In this document: positions 12,349 through 25,428 of the stretch, one piece after another
Layout: each line of letters opens with the position of its first letter
How positions within the stretch are numbered: position 1 is the stretch's first letter
Assembly (NCBI GenBank): GCA_000697335.1
Contig: JNEM01007129.1
Location: forward strand, 1 to 39,674
Direction: 5' to 3'
Source of the DNA: Conidiobolus incongruus B7586
Taxonomy: Eukaryota
DNA length: 39,674 nt
The notes under the pieces: generated by a model
The model's input: the letters and a program-made list of their open reading frames with translations, nothing else
Databases searched by the model: none
What the model was told of the DNA's origin: nothing
Made by a program: the position numbers and the translations under genes

Positions 12349-15300
12349 CTAGTGAAATTTATCGGCTTCGTTTAAAATAGCATCAATCCAATGTTGACGA
12401 TCGAATAATGAAATAGTGGATAGGATAAAGGTATCCATCGTCTCTTTATGTACAATACTAAACATCAAGTCTTCGTTTACTTTAGATGAATCTTTTCCTA
12501 TGATCGAATCAAAAATTCCCTAAAAAGTATAATTAATATTTAATACTATAATAGGTTTATAATAATTGAAAGCTTACTAATGATCCATAACTACCAGAGG
12601 TAATCACTTCATTAGAGACAGCTATTTCAGATAAAAATAATGGCTAAAAAAAGAATTAGATTTTGATATTATTTATATATAAATATATTCATTACCCTCT
12701 TATAAACTTCATATTCAACCAAATCCCCAGCTAATTGTCTTTCACGTGTAAGTAATAATAGATGATCAAATAGGAAAACTCTGACAGTGAAATGATTGTA
12801 TAATTTAAGTATTCCCTCCTTTACCAAGACTCGATTAGGTGTATCCAAGTGTAAGTCTGAAATAGAGCCTCCTTTATATTCCAAGCGATCAATGATAGTA
12901 ACCATTCTTAATTTTCTATCGGTGTTGCCCTTGGCTTCGTTAATTTTGGTGAGATGAGTTTCTATATTGTTAATGACTTGCTGAACTGAGATGTGATCTG
13001 GATGGCCGGGTGGAGTTTTCTTCAGAATAGAAGATAATAACAAAGGATATCTTGCAAGTCTGGTAGTGGGACGACTAATGTAACTATCCATGGATAACTT
13101 GTTTGCTAAAGGATTAGCGTCACATTTCTTTATGAATTCCGAAAACTTCTGATTTTCGTTCCTTTGACTAACAAAATAATCATTTGCAAATTGGACTCTG
13201 GATCCATAAATATCGAAAGGATGCAGTTTTTGAGACCAAGGTAATAATATATCTCCTATCTTATCAACTACTTTAGTTTGAGAATGTCGCGATTCCAATG
13301 CATTGGCCAGTTCTTGAGATAGTTTAGCGATATCCAAATAATTAAAAAATAATTTGTGAATAGCAGCTTCTCTGAACGATGGATCAAAAACATCCTCTTT
13401 TCTTAGTGGGTCAACGAACAACTAAAAACAAATTAATGACTAGTCATTCAATGATTAAATTTTGACTTACTACTGTGATAAGTTCTAAATCTTTTGCAAA
13501 GGCCTTTTCAGATTGGATCAACTCAAATATAGTTTCTTGGCGTTTAATTTCATCAGCTGAGAGATTGGATAAAACATCCTGTGATACAGTTTGTGACCAT
13601 GAAGCAATCTAAATAAATCATTAATTTAGTCAAGGATAGAAAATAATGATGAATATATTTTAATTACTGGTGCTTGAATTGATTTTCTAAATCCAGACCT
13701 ATTGGCAGGTTGTAACAGATTTGGTTGTTCTTGTGGAACTGGTGATTGGGGTCTGGATTTAACTTGCTCGGGTTGAGTAAAAGATAGTTCAGTAGAGTTT
13801 GGAGAAGTACACACTGAGGATGATGATGATCTAGAATCGGGATCACATTCTGAGAGTCCAGGATCGGAGTTGAATGAGGACTTAGTGTCTGTGGCATTCA
13901 ATATGACATGCATTTGTTTTAAAACGGTTTCAATCTCATTGATTGCATCTGGAATTAGCATATAATCAGGGTGATCTTTCGGTGTATTATTTAGGACTTC
14001 AGTTAAAAATTTTGGGTATGAAATTAAATGGAATTTGATACTTTTTAAGAATCCAATAAGCCCATATTTTTTAAATGTACTTTGTCTTTGGCAATTCTCA
14101 ATCCAAAGCCTGAACTTGGGGTTAGATTGGCATTGTTTAGCAAAAAAATTTCTAGCTGTAGGGTAATGCTGACAATATTCTATGAAAGATGAGTGATATT
14201 GTGCACAATTTAGGAAAACATCACCAATAGTCACACTGTGGTTTTGATTTTCTAAGGCTAATTTGTTATCCAATAGATGGATTAATTCATTTGAAATATC
14301 GATAAATGTTGTTATTTTGTAGAATAAAATGGATAGTACTTCCTCAATAAAATTAGGAGAAAACATTTTAGATTCTTTAAGTCGTTTCATAAATAGCTAG
14401 ACACATAATATATAATTAATAAAAATATATTACTGATAATAGAAATTTATATACTTTTTGTACTAATATTAAATCTTCACGGAACTTGAATTCATACTGA
14501 TATAGCTTGATAATACACCCACGTCTAATCGTAGGAGAGAGTCGCCTTGCAGGAGATTTGGAACCAGGCTAAAATTTAAATTAGCTTGAATAATAAAATG
14601 ATATTTGAATAAAATACATTATTAACAACATTTGGTGAAAATTCCTATACAATTGAAATTAATATGGAGAAATATAAAATAGAAAAATATCCATACTTGA
14701 TCAATTTTTAAAGAGCCAAATTGTATAGTATCAACATTAGCTGAATTATCAGCTGGAGTGGACAAAGTAATAGAAAGATCAGATATCTCTGATTCTGAAG
14801 CATTGAGATCAAGCTTATCAATCTAATAATTAACGGTTATGAATAAAATGAAAAAAAAATATAATAACAACTAAAATACATTTTGTAGCTGCTGTTTAAT
14901 ATCCTAAGTATTGAAAATATTTGTTAGTAGATAGATTTATGAATAATAATATAAAATACCTCAGATAGTTGGACAGTCATGATATTTTGTCTTTTAATTG
15001 AATTTAAGTAACCAAATTGATTGGATATATTAGACAAATGAGATATCAAACTTGAGTAGTTTTGATAATTCTAAATAACAAAATAAGTGAATAACTATAC
15101 AGCATATAACTAATATAATAAACTAACTTGGTCAATAGAGGTTTGAATAGAGTTTACAGGCAAAGAATCAAAGTGTGTATGATTTAATCTAATTGAGTGT
15201 GAGCCTATAAAATAAATAATTTAGTAAAATATTCGCTTATATATAATTAATGGTGAGAAAATTCACAGCAAAAAACAAGCGCAATATAAATATCAATTAG

Positions 15301-15614
15301 TCCAAATTAATTCACTAATGTTTCATTTAAATATTTCATATGATATAATTTTGAAATCAATAACTAGATTCTGCGAAAATTCAAGAAAATGAATGGAAGA
15401 GGTATAAATACTTGCCTAGACTTGGAGCCAATTGAAAGTGTTTTTTGTATCTCTTGGATTTTTTCCGCTCCAATACAGATCCAGTAATAATTAGTGAGCG
15501 AGTATTGAGCTGATCTTGATCCTTGGGAATTCCGATAGTGTTACAAATAGAATAATCAATATGGGAATTGGGCGAAATCATCAAATCACTTTCATTAAAA
15601 GAAGATAGAGACAT
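12349..15614 (-). CDS. RhoGEF with tandem DH domains and C-terminal PH, ~835 aa, 12 exons (15614-15416, 15204-15128, 15070-14960, 14903-14880, 14822-14697, 14644-14618, 14568-14455, 14396-13668, 13608-13471, 13421-12696, 12643-12578, 12519-12349)
   Basis: Rom1/2-type WSQTV..EIKRQETIFELIQSEKAFAKDL, YISRPTTRLARYPLLL..ILKKTP..HPD; PH domain RVLVKEGIL..VFLFDHLLLLT..RQHWIDAI. An upstream diverged DH (IGDVFL..F.EYC..YPKFL..TPKDHPDY). Exon lengths sum to 2508 nt, in frame; the 5' exons are less certain. Confidence 0.85.
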
Positions 15615-16560
15615 TAAGAACACAAAACAAAGAAGTAGTTGAAATGAATCTGTTCAACTGAATATAACAAATGTAAAATATTAACACATCTCTACCTTTT
15701 TTATTTGAATAGCATGAATTTACTTAATTATGCTTTAATATAACACCAATCAGTTATTGAAATTAGATTTTTCAAATGATAGCATTAATCAGATGCTGGT
15801 GCTAATTGTTTTTTATGATTTGTTTACCACTAAGTCCAGCATCATACTATTTTTAAATAAACTAGAGTATTAGCAAATAACAGGGGTATAACACAACAAA
15901 ATATTTATTCCCGCCAATTTGAATCATATTTATATAACATATTATTTTTAACTATATACTACGAATTTTTACTGAATACTAATGGCAAAATCATGACTAA
16001 TGTATTACCTAATTTGACTATGAAAAAATAACGCATTTATTTACAATATAAATAATTAAATGAAGATTAATTGAAAATTAAATATTAATGCTAAATATGA
16101 ATCTATTTAACTTGAAGCTAACCAATTCATTCAAATCAAATTTGCTTGAATCCGAATTTAAAACCTCTTTTGAATCTAATGACTAAAAAGACTTGTGATT
16201 GGATAAATTTGGAGTATACTTAATAAACTCTTAATCATTAATATTCAAGTTTTACAATAAATTACTATTTTGAAATTTTTATTTACTATATTTTGAAAAA
16301 TCGTTAATGTGATAAATATAATTTAATTTTATTATGATTAAATTTAATGAATAACTCTAGAATATTATATATATTATTGTGAATCATTGTATTGATGTAT
16401 TTTGTAAACTATATTTTTGAATAAGTTCATAAATTATAATTTGGTGATGAACTATATAACGATAGATAAATTTATTAATCAGATGTAAGGATTATATTTT
16501 TGAAATATAAAGCTATAAAAGGTTCTATTAATGTGAGATATATTATTTAATATGATAACT

Positions 16561-16980
16561 GTAAGCATGTATTTTTGTAACTAAATTGAATTGATTTTAA
16601 AGCCACATTTAAAATATTCTATTTTCTATTCACGGTAAACTATTCAATAACCAGTTGTTAGTTATTTTTATATATTATTATTACTAAGAAAATTTTAGAA
16701 AATATATTTATTATGCGTTGGTTCGAATAATATCACTTATATTGGTGATTAAAATTGCTAATTACTTGGATTTATATTCAATTCTGAAATTTGACTAGTA
16801 TTTCAATTTAAATAGAACTTCAAAACTAACTATGATTTAAGCTTATTATATATGATAAATGATATTTTAGCAACTTTGAGTCTAATATTAAATAGTCTCT
16901 AGCTTTAAATAATAGAAATAGTAAGCATTGTGTATGTTAAATGAAGATAATCCATATAACTTTGAATAATGTTTAAATAG
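16561..16980 (+). pseudogene. Possible decayed gene relic (F-box-like fragment with intron remnants)
   Basis: Intron-like GTAAGC..CTAA..AAG (16561-16602) and GTAAGC..TAG (16921-16980). Fragment ISLILVIKIANYLDLYSILKF near 16730-16790 resembles an F-box start but is broken by stops/frameshift. Confidence 0.2.
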
Positions 16981-18199
16981 CTATTAAATATTCATTTTGA
17001 TTCAATTAGTTTGATAATTTCCACAATATTTGATCAATAATGGATATTAAAACTGAAATAGAAAACAAAAAATATATTATTATCATTCCCAAACAAATGT
17101 AATCAATAGAATCAATTGTTAATTATAAATCATATATCAATATAGACGGTTTGTAACTTGATATTTCCATATCATACAATTTCAAATACTCGTAGATTTT
17201 ATTGTTACTAATATATGATTTTTGTAATTTGGGTGTAATCATAATTATAGACATTTAAATTCTTAATATATATAATATTAAATCTATATTAAAAACATTA
17301 TATTGGAACAACTATTAATTGTCATTTCATTATATCATTCGTATACAAATTATAATTCAAGCATTGAATATATACTTAATTTTGAATAGTATTGGTATAT
17401 TTGAATAAAATTTATGCGATATTAAAATCAATCAATTTGATTATAGACTTGAATAATAAAACTATCATCAGATATTATTTTAATATATATCAAACATTTA
17501 TAAATATAGCTATTCAGTAGAGTGTTATATTATTTAAATAATATAATTGGAATGAATAATGAATTAGATTCATTTCTATCAGATTTAATTCTGCAAATTT
17601 TAGGATAATAAATTATGTTTTTATTTTATATGTATATAATATCTATTGCTAATTAGCTTCACTATACTTTTTCATTCTAAAATTTCTTTGATTTAAATTA
17701 ATTTTCAGTTATTAGTTGATTAAGAATTGAATATAATACTACTCAAAAATTGGTGATATTAATATATAATATAATTGCAAAATTTTGAATGATATATTCA
17801 CCAATGAACTATATCATTAAAATTAATGGTATAATAGTTATATAACTCAAGAGAAATATACTAATATTTTAAACATAAACTGAGCACCATATTAAAGCAA
17901 TAATTATATTTTTAGATTTTACAAATTAAATGAATAGCAATTATTATTATATACATGCTTGCAATGAAGTAAATATATTATAATAAATAGTAAAATGAAA
18001 TATAATTTAGTTTGAAAATTGATTTTATTCTACAAAGTATAGTAGCAATTGATTGATAATATTTTTATATATAAATATAATTAAATGATAAAAAATTTTA
18101 ATTGAATAAAACATTCAAATACAACGAGGTTTCGAAATATTTGTACAATTGATATGAAATAAAAGTTAAATAATAAAAAACAGTCTAAGCGATTGGTGA

Positions 18200-21100
18200 T
18201 TAATTCGTCGTTGATTCTTTAGCTAAAAACTTGAGATCCTAAATGAATGAAATCATTAGTTGAAAGTTGATTGAATGATAGTAAATGCTATTACCATATG
18301 ATCAGCGAATTTAGGGCCTAATGTTGAGATATCAAAATTTTCTTCATTGGCTTTGTTGATAATATCTTGCTCAGTCTATATCAGTTAATAATTTTGATAA
18401 ATATACTATAATATGAAATAAATGAGTCATAATTACCTTAGTTTTCTTCATAGCATTAATATAATTGGCGACCAATTTAGGTCCAGGAGGAAGGCGAGCA
18501 GTAGACTTAAGAAGAGGGTCTAGTATGACAGGGAGATCAGTAAACTTAAGTGAGGGAATGCCGGCAAGTATTGTTCCTAATAATGTGTAAATTTGTGGTA
18601 CATCGTATGAAAGATCTTCTACTGTTTCCATGACGGGAGTCAAAGCCTCAACATAGACTTGATGATCATTGATGAAGGAATCTTCATGGAATTTGTTAAT
18701 TAACTTGACAACAAGTTCGACATCTTCCGCCTTCTTTTCTAAAGAAGATGAGATCAAAGCTTGTATAGCTTGAGCAGTTACATTCATTTGCTCAAACTCT
18801 TGGAAGCAAAGCTTAGCCTCAGAGAAATCCTTAAGAGAGAAGAATTCATTAATAGTAGCATCAATTCTTCTTTTAATAGCTTCAGGTGATGTGGGGAGTT
18901 TTTCAGCAGCTGGAGTAGATTCTTGGGCTGATGTAGTTTCAGATGCCTTAGGTTCGGATTGAGCTTTAGAGACAAATTCAGCACTATTATCGTGACTATC
19001 ATCGTCGTTAAGCATATCAAACATATTTGTAAGTTGGGTCTTCTTAACAGGCGATTCCTTTTCGCGAGTAGCAGGTTTAACATTTTGAAGGGAATCAAAT
19101 ACATTATTAGAACTGGGTCCCAAACTTTGACTGGAAGCCTTAGAGCGGTCAAAGTTGCCAAAGCTGGTAAGGTCACCAATCTTTTTGTTGGCTGTAGAAG
19201 GAATTGTGTTCCATCCTTCAGGATTTCTAGGAACCTTATCAATCTTGCCAGAGTATGATCTACCATGTGAAGCAAGAGAAGGACCACGAGGACCAGCACT
19301 GTTAACACGCTTAAGGATCTCATTCTGTTCCTTTTCTTTCTGAGCTTCTTGATGAATTTGGGCAATGGTTTTAGGACCAGAGTTGGTGTTATTACGAGGA
19401 ATCCAGCGGTCTTTTCTAAGATCAATCAAATCCTTAAGCATGAATCTGTGACGACTAGGAAGAGCAGTGTTCTTAGAAAGAGAAGCAATCTTTTCAAAGT
19501 ATAAATCGAATTTCTTTTTAGAATCTTCGCGTTGATCAAGCATAGCACCAACAGTATTCATAAGTTTAGATAAACTTTCAACCTCTTCTTCTTCAGGAAC
19601 TTCAGAAGATAACAATCTTTGAATACATTCATGCATAATTCTAGAAGATAACATGTTTTGTTTGAATAATTCACCAATGAATCTAACAAGACCCAAGCCT
19701 CTGCGCTTAGCCTTAGCAGCAGCATAGTATTCATCGGAATAATCAACAATTGTCTTTTCTTTGTATTCATCGCTAAGCTTCCAACCTTTTTCGAATTCAG
19801 ATTGACATTTCATCAAGAGATACTTACGGAACAAGTTGCCACCTAAGACGGGATTTCCATCTTTATCCAAATAATTTTCATCTTTGACATTGGCATCCAA
19901 GTTTTCAAGAATCTTATGGCAGAGTCTGGCATAAATGGCACCAAAATTGGCTTCATCGGTGGCCTTCTCAAAAACAAGGTAAATTACAGTTCTTAAAGCA
20001 AGACCATTGTCAGAGACAGACTGGTTGGCAATTTCCAAAATCTGGTCAGAAATGGTATCGAATCTTTCAAGAGTAAGTTTGTTGAGCAAAGCCTTGATTT
20101 GACGAGAAAGTTTTTCTTCATCATCAATCTCGGTGTTTTTAGGAGCTTGGGTAGATAGAGGAACCCATCTATTTTCACTCTTTTCGAGAGGAGCGACTTG
20201 GTCGAGAGGAATGGTAGGACCACCTTGTTGGTTGAATCTTCTATTTTTATCTCCTCCTCTGCCACCACGAGAAGATCTAGTTTCCTTTCCAAAATGGCCC
20301 ATGCCGTCCATGTTGGAAGAAGGACCACCACTAGAGGATCTTTGACCCAATGGGTGACGACCAGCGTTTTGCATTTGAGTAGCAAGTTTGAATCGTTCTT
20401 CGCTAGTAGTCTTAGCCTTAGAGACATTGAAGTCGAATGAACCAGAGGAGTCACCTTTGCTAGAGAATCTACCATGATGAGAGCTATTCTGTCTTCTACC
20501 CATAGACTTGCGTTCTCCTTCGCGAGAGGGAGAGTCAATAACAATATCCTCAATGGGCTTCATGTTGGTAGGTTTAGTAGTGCATTTGTCTTTGAAAGAT
20601 AATAAATAATCACGTTGGTAACGTAAAGTACTTTGGGCAGCAGAAGACTGAGAAGCTTCATTAGAATCTGTGGGTTTATCAGATTCAGGAGCTTTAGTTT
20701 CAGCAACAGCAGTAGTTTGTGTGCTTTCAACTACCCTTTCAGTATCAGGTTGAGCATCTTTAGAAGCTTCTTCAGATGATTTGATGGTTTCTGGCTCGGC
20801 AGTTACAATTTGAGGGCTCTTTTCATCTTCATTTGTAGTAGGTGGTTTTGATTCTCCATTAGGAATGGTGGGTTCTGATTTTGAAGATTCTACAGGTTTA
20901 GGTTGTTCATCCTTTTGAACTGATACTTGTTCAACTGGTTTTGTTTCAACTGGAGGGGGAGTAATCTTGACTGCTTTGCTGATACCAGGTTTAACATATG
21001 ATAAGGTGATAGGAATGGTTGGAGCACCTTGGTTGATAATATAGTTATCAACTTTAGTTTCTTCTAACTTGTTAGATGGCTTGTCTGTAGTACTAGGAGT

Positions 21101-22669
21101 TTCAGTAGATACCTTAGATTCAGAAGCAGCATCCTTACCAGAAGACTCTGTTGATTTAGAATCAGAAGCATCTTTGGTGTCTTTGCTAGGGATAGCAGAT
21201 TCTGTGTCGGATTTTTTGGTTTCATTAGCTTTAGCACCAGCTGTAGTATTTTGAGTAGAGCTGGATGCAGCAGCAGCGGCGGCAGGATCTACCACTTGCT
21301 TAGAAATTGGATTGACGATCTTGATTGCTTTACTCGTTTTTCCAGGAACAAATGAAGGTGCATTAGTATTGAATTGATGCTGTGATAAAGCAGGAGCAGA
21401 TGGAGAGGGAATTGATGGATTGACACCATGCATAGATGGGTTAAACGTTGGTGGAACACCTTGGTTATAAATATAGTATGGTGCAGGACCATCATAGCTC
21501 ATTGAATTGGGTGGATAATTCATATAATAAGAATGTTGCCAAGCAGGGGATCCATGACTATGGGGCATATTAGGGCTACTACCAGGAGGAATGGTAGAAT
21601 TAGCATTAGGAGAGGGGTCTGGACGGTCGCGAGGACGAGGTGTACCAGCAGAGTGACTATAATTAGGGTTTATAGGAGTAGAAGAATTGATAGAACCAGT
21701 GGGATATCCTTTAGGATGCCATGGTTGTTGGTTAGGATTGAAATTAGTATATGGCACATTAGGAGGAGGCTGAGGGAAAGCAGCTGTGGGTTGATATTGT
21801 GAATTCTTATTATAATGCGAATTAGGATGACCAAATGATTGAGGAGAAGGATGAGCTTTGTTAGTATGAGTGTTGGTGTTCGAAGGAGGTTGATTCACAG
21901 GGTTATTCAAGGAGGGGGAAGATTCAGAATTATTTGATGATTGAGGCTTAGTATCTTTAGCAGCTTTAGTTGAATCATTAGAATCTTTTTGAGATATCGT
22001 TCTATTAATTTGAGGTTTTTGAGCTGTAATACGGACGCCAGGGGAAACGCTGTCTATTGATCCGTTTTTAACGGCTGTTCCAAAAGTAGGAAAAGAGCTA
22101 TCTTGTGAAATAAAAGAGTTTCTATGTACAGGAGAGGTGGAAGGAGAAGGTATGCCAGAATTGGGTTGATCAATTGAACCAAATTGAATATTGGAGCGAG
22201 CTTAAGAGAGATCTAATTTTAGTCTAAATATAAAAAACTTAATATTATAAATACTTACGAGTTGAAGTACCAGGGAACTGAGGAAGTTTAACTCCGGAAT
22301 TATTTTTAATATTAATTGGCTTTGTTTCTGAAGTAGTATTTTGAATCTCTGGTTTTCTAAAAAAAATGTCATTAGATATGAATGAAGTGAGACTTATAGA
22401 ATTGCTTACTTGACTTCAGTATTTGTAGATTTAGGAGTTTGTGTTTGAGTAGTAGCTCCATTAGATTTAATTGGAGAATTGGTAGTTTTAGTTTCAGTAG
22501 TAGTTTGCTTTGCGGCTATATTCTGTTTAGCAAGTTGGGCATAACTAAACTGTCCAGTAGTGCTAGGAGATGAACGAGTAGGAGTAGTGTTAGGGGTAGG
22601 GGCTGACTGAGTTGTATTAGAAGTATTTTTAGGGTGGTTGACCACCGGACGATTATTAGTTTTGTTCAT
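18200..22669 (-). CDS. TIF4631: Translation initiation factor eIF4G, ~1413 aa; exons 22669-22410, 22356-22259, 22200-18437, 18375-18295, 18238-18200
   Basis: eIF4E-binding YQRDYLL (Yx4L-phi, 20600-20620); PLEKSENRW; MIF4G core IKALLNKLTLERF..FEKATDE..YARLC..RRGLGLVRFIGELFK..GPKTIAQIH; C-terminal MA3-like domain (INEFFSLKDFSEA..LSYDVP). Confidence 0.95.
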
Positions 22670-23600
22670 TATTTTATTTGGATTAACCAAGATGAACTCA
22701 GATAACCAAAGTTCAAAAACACTTGATATAGGAACTCCCAATTATATTTATGCTGTTATTGGTCAATTGTTGAAGCCAATCTCATATAAATTTTCCACCT
22801 ATCATAATCTATGTTTCTCAAATATTTTCATTCAACTTTTTCTAACATTCTCTCAACTTTTGTCGTACATTATAAATTTCAATATTTTATACTATTATAC
22901 TTATAATTATTACATATTAATACTTATTTACTATATCAATATCAGGAATATATTATTTACTCCTTTATTAAAATATGATGATTCGTTGTTTATCATGATT
23001 ATTTTTATCACAGATATCATTATCATCAAGGTTATTCAAGTTATCAAAGGATTTTTATTTAAAATCATTATTTCATTTAAACATAATAATTTTGATTAAT
23101 AATATGTATTCCCTGTTACTTGAATATAATAGTTTACAATGATGTAATCAATTATCACTTTGAAAATTGAAATTCCATAGCTTTTTTAAACTAATTTGGA
23201 AATAAAAAATAATAGGTAAATAGATATATTAATTGTGATATATTATATAATTATAGTATTCTATATTTAATTATTTCCAATAGCAATAAACGAATAATAA
23301 TTATAATAATGATAATTTTATACAACTTAAAATTTTGAAACAGTGTCAATCAACGTATGATTAATCAATTCAAAGTAATATATAATCAAATAGCCACAAA
23401 TTATGAATTATATCATTAATATTTGTTAATTTTTTTTTCAGTTCAAAACATTTAAAAATCAGAGTTTATTAACATTTTGTGTTATTGAAACTAAATAATA
23501 TTATTTAGTTTAAAATTATTTTTAATATTTTTACCTTTGTATTCAAATTATTGTAACTCAAAGTTATCACTGTTTAATGTAATAGGGTAATTATTGTGTC

Positions 23601-23622
23601 AACTGAATTTTCAAATTCAGTT
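23601..23622. repeat. Perfect 10-bp inverted repeat with 2-nt spacer
   Basis: AACTGAATTT-TC-AAATTCAGTT. Confidence 0.6.
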
Positions 23623-25428
23623 CAGAAATTTTGGAAATTGTAACTAGAAAATTTTTATCATTATAGCTAAAATTGGTTATTCAGTTAATAATAAGAATTG
23701 AATTTTAATATGAAAAATATAAATAATAATTACTTAGTATATAATATTAGATAAATTTAATGAAAAGTCTAATTTGAATATAAAAATTCTGATAAGGAAT
23801 AATTCTTTTATTTTAATATAATTTTTTTATAATATATATATATATCATTAATATTCTATATTAATATAACAATTAATAATATAAAAGAAAATTATTATTA
23901 TTATTATAACTATTGTTAGATGATAAAATCCATAATTGATTAATAAATATTTAAATAAACATTTAGTTTAATTGAAAAATTAGATATTCGATTAATTATA
24001 TAAATATTATTTTCATAATTTGTCCAAATAATAAAATGTAATATAAAATAAATTATTAAAAATTAATATTTTAACTTTTACATGAAAATTATACCTATTA
24101 ATATCTTCAAGTAATTTATATTTATTATCAAAATTTATCTTTTTAAAAAATTATTTTGATATTATTAAATATAGAAATTGATATATTAAAATCAGTCTAT
24201 AATTAAAATCAATATATAATATATTTATTATTATAATTTTTAATATAAAAGGGTATAACTTTATTTTTATATTATTTTAAATTATACTGATAATGATTTT
24301 TGTATATTATTTCTTAATTTACTCATCTAAATATATAAAATATTTATTTAGATTTAATTCTAAACTAAAATAATAAATATCATATCAAATCTTATTTAAA
24401 TTAAAAATAATAAAGATATAATTAATTGTTATAATGTAAAGCCTTTTATCGTGACAAATAATTTGATAATTTCCTATTTACATCAATCCTAAAGTATTCT
24501 TATTGTCTATTTCTTAATTAATACTCCAATAAATTTTTAATTAAATTGCATTTAATAAAAGTATCGGATTATAATAAATATGCTAATTCTACTTATTTAT
24601 ATTTCAAGGTAATCTTAGTATAACTTGATTTTTTCAATATTTAAAATTAATAGTATGAATTAATTTTTTTTTCAAATTTCAAGTCTTGTAATTAAAATTA
24701 TTAAATACTAACATACATTCATAATTATATTCAGATCTTATCATTGATTTATTAAAATAAAACACTGTTTAATTCAAATTTCTTTTTTGATTTATTTACA
24801 GCATAATCTCAAAATTTAATATAATTTTGATCAATTAATTCAAATAGCTTGAATTTTGTATATCACTTTATACTAATTTGTATATAACCAGTTGGTTTAA
24901 AGAAATATATGGCTTATACATCACCATGTTACTTAGATCTGATAGTATTAGTATAATTGATATAAATAAACTAAAGAAAATATATTATATATCAATGAAA
25001 ATTTTAAGGATAGATATATTGATATTAACTTAGTAACTATTGAAGCATTGACAGGCTGCAGGATGTTATGTCATATAGTGTAAGATTACATCAGGATAAT
25101 TTGAGAATCGAATCTCACTCAAAGATCAATAATACTAAAATCAATTACAACGATGAAATGATTATAAAATGCTAATCGGATATTGTAAGAAGGGAGAATA
25201 AGTTAGTGATATTTGCAAAGATATAGTCATATTGATACGCAATGATTCATGTCAATATACAGGAAGGTGATAATAAATAATGCTAGTAAGCATTTTGCTG
25301 AGTTATCTTTAAATTAATATTAGACGGGTGAGATAGTGAAGTGGACAATGATATAAAGTAGGTTGATATCTTGAAGGTTATTTTAAACTGTTAAATAGAT
25401 TTATTCGATTATCTTAGTATCTAGAGGA

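Noticed and set aside
15658..15715. 5' UTR intron and uORF (MLFK*) of the RhoGEF
   Set aside because: The intron would be only 38 nt with a weak donor, and the transcription start is unknown.
18784..21802. Multiple overlapping ORFs within eIF4G
   Set aside because: Off-frame or antisense shadows of a long biased CDS, with no independent motifs.
22638..23099. 153-aa hydrophobic + strand ORF
   Set aside because: TTG start and I/Y/F/N-rich composition typical of AT-rich non-coding DNA; it overlaps the eIF4G 5' region.
23100..25000. Extremely AT-rich gene-free tract as centromere or origin
   Set aside because: No repeats or defined elements; similar tracts occur elsewhere in the window.
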